The translations under genes were made by a program, and so were the position numbers. Of a DNA stretch of 64,000 bases, positions 39,327-47,655 are shown piece after piece. How positions within the stretch are numbered: the first letter of the stretch is position 1; the number at the start of each line of letters is the position of its first letter. Under the pieces are notes generated by a model. The model had not been told where the DNA came from, made no database searches, and saw nothing but the letters and a program-made list of their open reading frames with translations. Source of the stretch: an uncultured Thermoleophilia bacterium (GTDB lineage: Bacteria; Actinomycetota; Thermoleophilia; Solirubrobacterales; 70-9); assembly GCA_963754225.1 (NCBI GenBank), contig CAVWEV010000005.1, forward strand, positions 282,282 to 346,281, read 5' to 3'.

Positions 39327-39365
39327 ATGATGTCCGAGGACGCCAAGTTCGCGCTGGGCTTCTAG
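39327..39365 (+). repeat. Repeat copy 4 of the DUF59 3' end
   Basis: ATGATGTCCGAGGACGCCAAGTTCGCGCTGGGCTTCTAG, preceded in frame by TAG. Upstream 39245-39320 carries the GGTACGGGG sub-repeats and a CACTAGAAAGCCG box shared with copy 3. Confidence 0.9.
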
Positions 39366-39418
39366 ACCCTGCAAGTCGGCACTTTCTGAGCCGAGGGGAG
39401 CGCGTCGAGTACGCCATT

Positions 39419-39436
39419 TGCAACCCGATTGCAACC
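39419..39436 (+). repeat. TGCAACCC-GAT-TGCAACC direct doublet
   Basis: Lies 54 nt downstream of repeat copy 4. Confidence 0.8.
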
Positions 39437-39695
39437 GCGCGGACGACCGCCGCGCATAACCGTTTGAATTGCGGCGCTCTCGCTCTTACGGGATCGGAAA
39501 GGCGACGCTCACATAGCCGCGGTTCTCGTGTCTGAAAAGCAAAGTGGCGCTGAGACGAGCTGGGACGTCTATCCGTATGGGCCTCTCGGGGCCGAACACG
39601 GGTTGGGCTCTGATGCAGCCTACGAAGACGACGGATCGGCCGCCCCGGCTTGCCGGTCTTCTCGTCGAGAACGCTGTGAGCGGCAAGCTACGCGT

Positions 39696-42130
39696 TCACG
39701 GAGCGAACGCGGGCGAGGGCGCGGGCGGAAGCTCGACGGTCGCCTCGTCAGCAGCGGGTAGCCCGCCCGTCTCGTCACGTACTGGCGCGGCTCGCCGCCC
39801 CGGGGCCGTAGGCACGCGGGGGTCGCGGGACCGCGCCCGGTCCGTCACGTCGGCGCCTCGTGCTCGCGTTGCCTCGTGCTCGCGCCGCCTGCGCTCACGG
39901 TCCAGGCGTCGCGCCTCGCGGGCGCGAGCCTCGGGGTCGTCGAAGCGGAACGGATCGGTCGGGGGAGCCGATGCGGCCACCGCGTCGCGGATTAGAGAGA
40001 GATCGTCGAGCCGCCGATCTATCTGTGTTAGTAGCCGCCTCAAATCCTCGTCGGCACTTCCCTTCAGGTACTGGCGCGGCCCGCGGTCGATCCGCTCGTG
40101 AAGGCGCCGGATCTCCTGGTCCAGATAGTCTCGGAGCGGAGGTGGGTCGTAAGTGTCCCGCCGGGCGTCGTCGAGGCCGGGGACCGTCACCTCGGCGGGG
40201 CTCGTGGGTCGGAGCGCCCTAGCGCCGTCTCCGCGCGCGTTCGCGTTGCCGTCTGAGCCGATCTCTCGGAAGCGACGCGAGCGGGTAGGCCTGGCGAACG
40301 TCTGAGGCACGTCGCCGCGTCTCAGCGCGAGCGGCACAAGAGTCCCCGCCGTCATCACGAGCGCTAGCGCGACCAGGATCAGCCCTGGCGATCCAGCGGG
40401 CACGTTCATGTCCGCAGCTCCCTGCGCGAACCAAGCGAGCGCCGCCGTAACCGAGCCGCGCTCCTCGGTGACAGTGAGCACGTCGTAGGCGTCGCCGCCG
40501 CGCAAGACGAACGCCGTTGCGACGGCCAGCGCGACCGCGGCGGTCGCCGCGAGTTGCGGCCCTGCGAACTTGAACACGGGCATGGTGAGGTGAGCCCGAT
40601 TCTCGCGTACGTGCAGCATGACCACAGCCGCGGTGACGACCGAGTAGATCAGGGCGTTGGTGAGACAGAACCAGTAGTAACCCCGTGCGGAGCCGGGATC
40701 ACTCACGACGATTGCGGCAACAGCACAGGCGAGGGCCAGCACCGGGTAGGGCAACAGGGCGACCAAGGGCAGCCGTCTCGGCCTGGTCACCCGCTTTGGC
40801 GTCACCTTAAAGGTGAACTGCTTCCTCAAGACCCACCCCGCAAGGGCCTGGACAACCCCCCAGAGCACCCAGGGCCACCTGTGTAAAGGCGAAGAGGAAG
40901 GTCTCCCAGGTGAACAGCTTGGCGTCCGCTGGCCGGTGGTATCCCTGTCGCCGCAGCCACCAGAGAACGGCGAGCCCGGCGAGGCCGACCAACCCTGCCC
41001 GGATGAGGAACTCGAGCAGGGGTACGCCCACCCAGGGAGTGTCGGTCAGTATCGCCACGACCGGAAACACCAGGACCATCAGCATGTGAAAAGCCATCAG
41101 CGGGTACCAGACCTGGTTGTATGCCAGCTTCACCTTCTGGCGGACGCCCAGACCGCCCCAATAGCGCTTACTGACCTGCAGCAGGATGTTGGTCAGGCTT
41201 CGAGACCACTGGTATTCCTGAACGATGCAATCGGCGAAGGTGGAAGGCCCGTCCCCGTGCGCCATGGCATCGATCGCGAACACCCCGCGCCAGCCGCGGG
41301 AGGCCAGCATCAGGGTGGTCGAGAAGTCCTCCGCCAGCTCTGGACCAAGGCCACCGACCTCCTCGAGCGCGGCGGTTCGTACCGCGTAGTGAGAGCCGAT
41401 GCACGCGGGCGCGTACTCCCCCGTGTATCCCGCCTGTTGCGGACCGTGGAGGGGGGCCTCCCTGTAGAGGCGCCCTCGCGCAGCCCAGGACTCGGTCGCG
41501 TTTTTGTCGCAAACGCTCGGCGCGGCTACGTAACCAACGGTCGGATCGCCAAACGGTCGAACCATCTCCCGCAGGTATCCCGGGGCCGGAACGTGATCGG
41601 CGTCCAGTTGCGCGACGACGTCGTAATCCCGGTAGCCCCAGTGGTCATAGAAGTAGGCCAGATTGCCTTCCTTGCACCTGGTCCTTCGAGGCCATGTCGG
41701 GCGGTGGTAGCCATCGACTCCCTCCCGGCAGGAGACCTTGACGCTGTGCTCCTCGCACCAGCGCAGGGTCTCCGGCGAAGGGGACTCGTCCGCCAGCCAA
41801 ACGTCGTAGGGGTAGGGGTAGTCCTGCCGCAACATGCCGTCGAGCGTTTCCGTCAACACGACCCACGGTTCGGAGGGGGCTTTGGTCACGATGATGGCCG
41901 TTCGCAACCGCGGGATAGGGAGACTCGGATTCGGCCGCTTGATCCGATACGTGAAGAAGAAGAACCACCCGGGCAGGAGCATCGAGTAGAAGACCATCAC
42001 CGAACTGACGACCATCCCGGCTGGAGTCACCCAGTGATCGCTCTGAAGCCACCAGATCCAGAAGACGACCACGGTGCCGATCCAGACTGCCAAGAGCGCG
42101 CGATATGACCGTTTCTGACTGGCGCTCATT
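39696..42130 (-). CDS. GT2 processive glycosyltransferase (cellulose-synthase-like) with long C-terminal membrane plus coiled-coil extension; one frame change near 40865
   Basis: IIVTKAPSEP, QLDADH, GSHYAVR..LAEDFSTTL and QEYQWSRS (QxxRW-type) in track ORF 40807..42708. It continues as WGVVQALAGWVLRKQFTFKVTPK.. in 39696..40868, with RDYLDQEIRRLHERIDRG..LRRLLTQIDRRLDDL. Confidence 0.75.
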
Positions 42131-42708
42131 ATGTCCACGAGGTAGCGCCGGTTGTCGACTGTCTCATCGGCCGGCGGGATGGGGCGGAGCCTTGGCGCCC
42201 TTTGCCTGAGAGGCGAGCGGGGGCCCCCATGGGTCCGCGTGCGTGCCGTCTCCCCGCCACGCAGCCCGAGCCTGCCGGGAGCAGGCAAGCTCAAACCAGG
42301 TTCCCCACCATTGCCCGCACCGCTCAGTGAGCGAAACGCGGTAGTCGCAGCGCCGGATGCCGGCCGTCGTCGGCGTCGCTCCGCAATCGCTCCGCCGCAG
42401 AACTCGGCCAGCAACACGAGCATCAATAGGAGCGTGATGAGCTCGAGCGTGGAGGGAAGCCCTGGGTCCGAGCCAGACCTCTCCGGCTCGTGGAGGGCCG
42501 ACTTTGGTCGAGCAGAGGCTTCCACCGTCCCGCGCGTGAAGTCCAGTCGTCTCGAGGTCTCGACCCCAACGACTCCGCTTCTTCCGCTAAGCACGTCCTG
42601 CTCGGGCTCGGCTTTGAGCACCGGCGCTCCGGCGAGCTGGATTGACACGCCGAGTAGCGCTGCTATCAGACCTTTTGCGAGCATTCGTTCCACCGGCGAA
42701 AGACTCAA
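42131..42708 (-). CDS. possible separate exported/anchored protein, in frame with the GT2 gene
   Basis: MLAKGLIAALLGVSIQLAGAPVLKAEPEQD (signal-like) and ..GLPSTLELITLLLMLVLLAEFCGGAIAERRRRR (TM plus Arg tail). No stop before the GT2 Met at 42130, so the boundaries are unclear. Confidence 0.3.
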
Positions 42709-42754
42709 CCCAGCCGTTTGACCGGGCGTTGGGCCTCTCGCGATTCCCTCGCCC

Positions 42755-42817
42755 TTTTGAAGGCTGAAAGCGCAAACTCCGGACTCTGGGGTACGAGCAG
42801 CCTAGAAGAAAATCCGC
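42755..42817 (+). repeat. Repeat copy 5 (decayed) of the DUF59 3'-end unit
   Basis: GCCCTTTTGAAGGCTGAAAGCGCAAACTCCGGACTCTGGGGTACGAGCAGCCTAGAAGAAAATCCGC aligns by eye to GCCCCTTTGATGATGACCGAGGACGCGAAGTTCGCTTTGGGGTTCTGAACGGC.. of copy 3 and to the CTCTAGCAAGCGG flank. Confidence 0.55.
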
Positions 42818-42863
42818 TATTTGCGGCTTTTTCCGGTTCGGTGGAGAAGCTGAAACCGCCCGA

Positions 42864-42883
42864 TGCAACCCCGATTGCAACCC
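42864..42883 (+). repeat. TGCAACCCC-GAT-TGCAACCC direct doublet
   Basis: About 50 nt downstream of decayed copy 5, the same arrangement as at copy 4. Confidence 0.8.
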
Positions 42884-43049
42884 GGAGGCATCAGCGCACC
42901 CACGGCTGGCGGGCGAGAACTACCTGCCGATCAGACGGGCTGTTCCAGGATTCGACGCAGGACACGCGGGCAGGGGCCTTCCCGTCGTTCGCCCGTTGGA
43001 CATCGGTAGGCAGCGCTGGCTTACTCGCTGCGGAAGCGCCTGACTTCCG

Positions 43050-43526
43050 CTACGTGCGGGACCGGCCGGGATGCCGGACCAGAGGGATGGCGGCCCAAAG
43101 CGAGCCAAGAAGGAGCGTTGCGACGAGGCCGGCGATCACCGCCAGGGTCGCGCTGAATGCAAAGTCGGCGATCAGAATCACGGCGCCGATCATGGCGAGC
43201 GCGAGAAAGGCCAGCCCGCCAATTGAGAGCTTATTGGACGCTATGAGAATGCTCTCCTTGTTCTTCTGGCGGAAGTGGATCCGGTGCCACGCTGACGGGG
43301 CGATCAGCAGGGCCGTGGAGATCGCGGTCGCGGCGAGCGTCGCAAAGAAAAGATCGCGCTGAAAGGTGGTTGTCTTGACGAAGCCCTGGCTGAACGGGAC
43401 CGTGAGCAGGAACGCGAACAGAACCTGCACTCCGGGTAGCGCGACTCGCAACTCCTGAAGCAGCTCTCCGAGTTCGCGGTTGACCCGCTCGCCCTGATCC
43501 TCAGGCTGGCCGCCCTTCTCGCTCAT
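43050..43526 (-). CDS. membrane protein (I believe DUF6328-like)
   Basis: NRELGELLQELRVALPGVQVLFAFLLTVPFSQGF.. plus three further TM segments. Intact 158 aa. Confidence 0.55.
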   Translation of the reverse strand: MSEKGGQPEDQGERVNRELGELLQELRVALPGVQVLFAFLLTVPFSQGFVKTTTFQRDLFFATLAATAISTALLIAPSAWHRIHFRQKNKESILIASNKLSIGGLAFLALAMIGAVILIADFAFSATLAVIAGLVATLLLGSLWAAIPLVRHPGRSRT

Positions 43527-43678
43527 CTAGAGCCCATTCTCAGGGACGGAACGATCTCCTCCTCGATGCCGGTGTCCGCCCTGACGACTCAAATCTCCAT
43601 CCGGTCGTGGGTCCCCGGTCACTTGCCGCATGTGCCACCCGCTGCTGTCTCAGCGCACACTGCTCGCCGGTCAAGCAT

Positions 43679-43703
43679 GTTTCGCGCCGGGCCGATCGGG
43701 TAA
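43679..43703 (+). promoter_or_regulatory. SigB/SigF-type promoter candidate (near-leaderless) for 43715..43954
   Basis: GTTTCG-N13-GGGTAA. The -10 ends 11 nt before the ATG at 43715. Confidence 0.55.
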
Positions 43704-43714
43704 TCGAAGGCGCA

Positions 43715-43954
43715 ATGCTGATTGGAGCGATCATCGCGTTCTGCGTGCTGGTTTTCATCGTCGCGTTGCTTGCGCCGCGGCTCTCCCAATACCTGCAGCG
43801 CGGCGGGGATAAGCCGCTCGCGGCGGGCCAGCGCGCTGGGAGTAAAGCTCCCGGCGCACTCGGCAGGTGGGCGCAGAAGCCGTTCGGCAAGTCGCGCCAG
43901 GCCGTGTCGAAGAGCGGCTCGGAGGGTCGGCGCACGCGCCGGAAGCTCTTCTAA
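43715..43954 (+). CDS. small membrane protein with basic tail, hypothetical
   Basis: MLIGAIIAFCVLVFIVALLAPRLSQYLQRGGDKPLAAGQRAGSKAPGALGRWAQKPFGKSRQ.. within track ORF 43607..43954. Confidence 0.5.
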   Translation: MLIGAIIAFCVLVFIVALLAPRLSQYLQRGGDKPLAAGQRAGSKAPGALGRWAQKPFGKSRQAVSKSGSEGRRTRRKLF

Positions 43955-43973
43955 CTCTGAGAGGGGGAGGCGG

Positions 43974-44339
43974 CTAGTCGAGCTCTCGCTCGCGCTGTGC
44001 GGCTTCCTCGTCGTGACGAGCGGCCGCGCGGCCCTCGCGCTTGAGCCGCTCCTCGGCCTCAGCGGCCCGCTGCTCCTCGGATTTCGCCGCCTCGGCGTGC
44101 TCCTCGGCGGCGGCGGCGTGTGTGCCCGCTCTCTCGCGACGGGCGCTCGCCTCGTGGCTCAGTTCTTGGGCCTTGGTGGCGTGCGCGTCCGCCTCTTGCC
44201 GATGCCCCGCGGCCTCGGAGCTGAGTCGCTCACGCTCCCGCCGCTTCTCTTCGGCGCGCCGCTGTGTCCAGCGCCACGCAACGAACGCGACCACCGCGAT
44301 CGCGACCACGATGATCAGGATTAGAAGCCCGGTCGACAT
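43974..44339 (-). CDS. membrane-anchored charged coiled-coil protein, hypothetical
   Basis: MSTGLLILIIVVAIAVVAFVAWRW, then a Glu/Arg/Ala-rich helix (..EEKRRERERLSSEAAGHRQEADAHATKAQEL..). Confidence 0.5.
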   Translation of the reverse strand: MSTGLLILIIVVAIAVVAFVAWRWTQRRAEEKRRERERLSSEAAGHRQEADAHATKAQELSHEASARRERAGTHAAAAEEHAEAAKSEEQRAAEAEERLKREGRAAARHDEEAAQRERELD

Positions 44340-44348
44340 GCTGTTCTA

Positions 44349-44374
44349 GTACCCGCTCGCCACACGGCTTAACC
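44349..44374 (-). promoter_or_regulatory. SigB/SigF-type promoter candidate (leaderless) for 43974..44339
   Basis: Minus strand reads GGTTAA-N14-GGGTAC. The -10 ends 9 nt before the ATG. Confidence 0.5.
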
Positions 44375-44529
44375 GAGGATAACGACGTAAATGGTGGGGC
44401 TACCGTCTCGGGCGCCGTCTTGAGCTTCCGCTCGTATCCGCCGTTGATCCGGGGCGGATTAGCTTCAACGTCGCAGTTCCAGCCGCGGCGTCCCGTCAGG
44501 CGGAGCGCAAGCCTGATAAGAGGTCGGGG

Positions 44530-46181
44530 ATGGCTGAGCTGGTACTGGGTCCCGTCCTGCGTTACGTCTCCGACACGGAGGCCATCGTGTGGGTGGAGAC
44601 CGATGAGCCCTGCGAGGTCGAGGTGCTCGACCATCGCGCGCGCACCTTCGGCGTCGAGGGCCACTACTACGCGCTGGTCTGCGTCGACGGGCTCGAGCCC
44701 GGACGAAGCTACGAGTACGAGGTCTCGCTCGACGGGGAGACCCTGTGGCCCCTCCCGGGCTCCGAGTTCCCACCCAGCATCATCCGCACGGTCGATCCGG
44801 AGGGGCGGGTCGACCTGATCTTCGGCTCCTGCAGGGTCGCGCTCCCGCACCACCCTCCGTTCACCCTCCCCAAGGAGGAGGACGAGCGCGGGCGCGGGCT
44901 GGACGCTCTCCACACGCTGGCGCTCTCGATGCTCGAGTCGGAGCCCGACCGCTGGCCGGAGCTGGTTTTGCTTCTCGGTGACCAGGTGTACGCGGACGAG
45001 GTCTCGCCGCAGGCGCTCGAGTTCATTCGCTCGAGGCGGGACACGACCGGGCCCCCGGGCGAGGAGGTGGCCGACTTCGAGGAGTACACGCGCCTCTATC
45101 GGGAGTCATGGGAGGATCCGGTGATCCGCTGGCTGTTCTCGACGGTCTCGATCGCGATGGTGATCGACGACCACGACATGCACGACGACTGGAACATCTC
45201 GCGCTCGTGGGTCGAGGAGATGCGTCGCGAGCCGTGGTGGCAGGAGCGGGCGGTAAGTGGGCTGGTCTCGTACTGGATCTACCAGTTCATCGGCAACCTC
45301 TCGCCCCGCGAACTGGAGGAGAGCGACCTCTACCGGAGGGTCCGTGAGCTCGACGATGCCGGTGCCCGTGCTGCGCGAGTTCGCGGCCAAGGACGACCAG
45401 TGAGCGAGAAGGCAAGCGCTGGAGCTACTACCGCGACCTCGGCTCGACGCGGCTGATCGTGATGGATTCACGCACCGGGCGCGTATTGGAGGAGGGTCGG
45501 CGGTCGATCTTCGACGAGGACGAGTGGGACTGGATTCAGGACAAGGCGCGGGGCGACTTCGACCACCTGCTGATCGGGACCTCGGATCCCTACCTCCTGG
45601 CGCCCGGCCTGCACTACCTGGAGGCCTGGAACGAGGCGGTCTGCAACGGCGCCTGGGGCGGCGCAGCCGGCCAAGGTCGGCGAGAGGATCAGGCGGGGCC
45701 TCGACTGCGATCACTGGGGCGCCTTCCAGCGCTCGTTCATGCGACTCACCGCGCCTGCTGCGAGGAGATCGGCTCCGGTGAGCGCGGCCGCCCCCCGGCC
45801 TCGATCTGCATCCTCTCCGGTGACGTCCACCACGCGTACCTCGCCGAGGTGGCGTTCCGGCGCGACGCGAACGTGAGCAGCGCCGTCTACCAGGCGGTCT
45901 GCTCGCCGTACCGGAAGGCACTCGACGTCCACGAGCGCCTCGCGGTGAAGATCGGCCATTCGCGCCCCACGGAGGTCCTCGTCCGGGCCCTCGCGCACGC
46001 CGCGGGGGTGAAGGACCCCGACATCCGGTGGCGGTTTGCCGGCGGTCCGTACTTCGACAACCAGCTCGCGACGCTGAGTCTCGAGGGGCGAGAGGCGACG
46101 CTCACCATCTCGAAGACGGTCCACGATCCCGACCGGGAAGGGGTCGGGCTGGAAACCGCCTTCGAGCGACGGATCGCCTGA
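44530..46181 (+). CDS. PhoD-like / metallophosphoesterase family protein; frame disrupted near 45370 and 45650-45780
   Basis: LLLGDQVYADE, VIDDHDMHDDWN (track 44530..45456) and ICILSGDVHHAY..VCSPY (track 45459..46181). Confidence 0.6.
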
Positions 46182-46335
46182 CCTTGGCTCGCAGGGCGCT
46201 CGTCACGGAAGCACTTCGGTCCTCGGATGCCGGTGATGCGGACTCGCAGTCGGCATCTCGAACGGAAACGAACGACACCGTACGGGCCGGCGCCCTTTCC
46301 GAGCGGCGCTTGACTTCAAGCGCACTTGAAGGTGC

Positions 46336-46785
46336 ATGCTGGGAGACCCGATGAACCTCGAACCCCACATCGTCGTAACGGACGCCGACGCAGCGGCAGC
46401 CTGGTACGCGCGCGCGTTCGGAGCCGAGGAGCGCGGTCGGGTGCCGCTTCCCGGCGGCCGCGTGATGACCATCGAACTCGCGATCGGTGACTCGACCCTC
46501 CACGTGGCCAGCGAGTTCGCAGACGCTGGGGTCCTCTCGCCATTGACAATCGGCGGCACTGCGACCGTGCTGCAGATCCAGACGGACGATGCCGCCGCGC
46601 TTTGGGCCCGGGCGCTGGGCGCGGGTGCCGAGGTGCGCCATGAGCTCGCCGATCAGTTCTGGGGAGAGCGCCACGGCCAGGTTGTCGATCCCTTCGGGCA
46701 TCGCTGGAACATCGCCGAGCGCGTCCGCGACGTCACGCCCGAGGAGCTCGAATCAGGCGCCGCGAAGGCCTTCGGTAGCGGCTGA
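46336..46785 (+). CDS. VOC-family (glyoxalase/bleomycin-resistance, PhnB-like) protein
   Basis: ..PHIVVTDADAAAAWYARAFGAEE..MTIELAIGDSTLHVASEF..FWGERHGQVVDPFGHRWNI. Confidence 0.75.
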   Translation: MLGDPMNLEPHIVVTDADAAAAWYARAFGAEERGRVPLPGGRVMTIELAIGDSTLHVASEFADAGVLSPLTIGGTATVLQIQTDDAAALWARALGAGAEVRHELADQFWGERHGQVVDPFGHRWNIAERVRDVTPEELESGAAKAFGSG

Positions 46786-46945
46786 ACGGCCCGCTTTGGG
46801 CCTCGCGCAGAGCACGAGGCGAAGGAAGGTGAGGAGCGAGCGCGAGGAGGTCGACCGGAAGATCATGGCCACGAAGGTCATGGCCGACGGCGAGCGATCA
46901 GAGTGGCGCCACGGCCGACGACGCGGTCAGGGTGAAGCTGAGGGA

Positions 46946-47200
46946 TTAAGCGGATGGGTGGGGTGGACCCGCTCGCGTCTCCCAGAACTCCTCGTGCAGC
47001 CGCCGCGCACGCTCGAGGAACTGCGGCGCGTATCGGTCCGAGACCGTGCGCGGAACGGGGATCAGCGATGCGCGGTCGAGCAGGGCCTCGCGGTCATCGG
47101 CCTGGATCGCGGCGTGGCATTTCTCGCACGCGTTCCACTCGCTCCGGGCCGGGTACACCCACTTCACGACTCGGCTGCCACAGAAGTCGCAACGAGGCAC
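46946..47200 (-). CDS. small zinc-ribbon-like hypothetical protein
   Basis: MPRCDFCGSRVVKWVYPARSEWNACEKCHAAIQ (CxxC..CxxC). Confidence 0.45.
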   Translation of the reverse strand: MPRCDFCGSRVVKWVYPARSEWNACEKCHAAIQADDREALLDRASLIPVPRTVSDRYAPQFLERARRLHEEFWETRAGPPHPSA

Positions 47201-47298
47201 CGGTCGACTGTATCGAACATACGTTCGACCCCCCAGGACGACGCCCCCGACGCTTCGGGATTCTGCCGCACAGGGTCGAAATAGTGGGCCGTTGAGCG

Positions 47299-47598
47299 TC
47301 AGGCGGCGGTCGGCGGCGGCGCGCCGCCGCCTGGCGGCCCCGAGCCGGGTCCCTTCTCCCCGAGCTCGTGCTCGAGCTCGCGATCGAGCTGGATCGCTCG
47401 GACCGCGTGCTCGTCGGGGAGCTTGGCCAGAACCTCGTGGATCACGCGTATCACGTCGGACTGCTCGTGCCCGAAGTCGTCGAGCAGGGAGTGCAGCGCC
47501 GAGTAGGTGATCTTGAGCTGCGCCGGGGTCAGCTCCAGGTGGTAGTGGAACTGGGTCGACGGGCTCTTTGAGTCAGTGTCGTCACTCACGGCGCCCAT
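47299..47598 (-). CDS. hypothetical protein
   Basis: MGAVSDDTDSKSPSTQFHYHLELTPAQLKITYSALHSLLDDFGHEQSDVIRVIHEVLAKL.. The C-terminal part of track ORF 47299..48102; the upstream part of that ORF looks non-coding. Confidence 0.4.
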   Translation of the reverse strand: MGAVSDDTDSKSPSTQFHYHLELTPAQLKITYSALHSLLDDFGHEQSDVIRVIHEVLAKLPDEHAVRAIQLDRELEHELGEKGPGSGPPGGGAPPPTAA

Positions 47599-47655
47599 GG
47601 TACGGGCGACGGCGGCCGGTTTCTCCGCTCCTTTCGATGCCCCTAGGCTTGTTCG

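Noticed and set aside
42400-42480. LPSTL followed by a TM helix and an Arg-rich tail, read as a possible sortase (LPXTG) sorting signal.
   Set aside because: The motif lacks the Gly of LPXTG/LAXTG, and the ORF does not terminate after the basic tail. Reported only as an oddity within the GT2 finding.
46786-46945. Coding potential in track ORF 46589..47284 between the VOC gene and the zinc-ribbon gene.
   Set aside because: The peptide is low-complexity Arg/Gly-rich and overlaps real genes on both sides. No motif is present.
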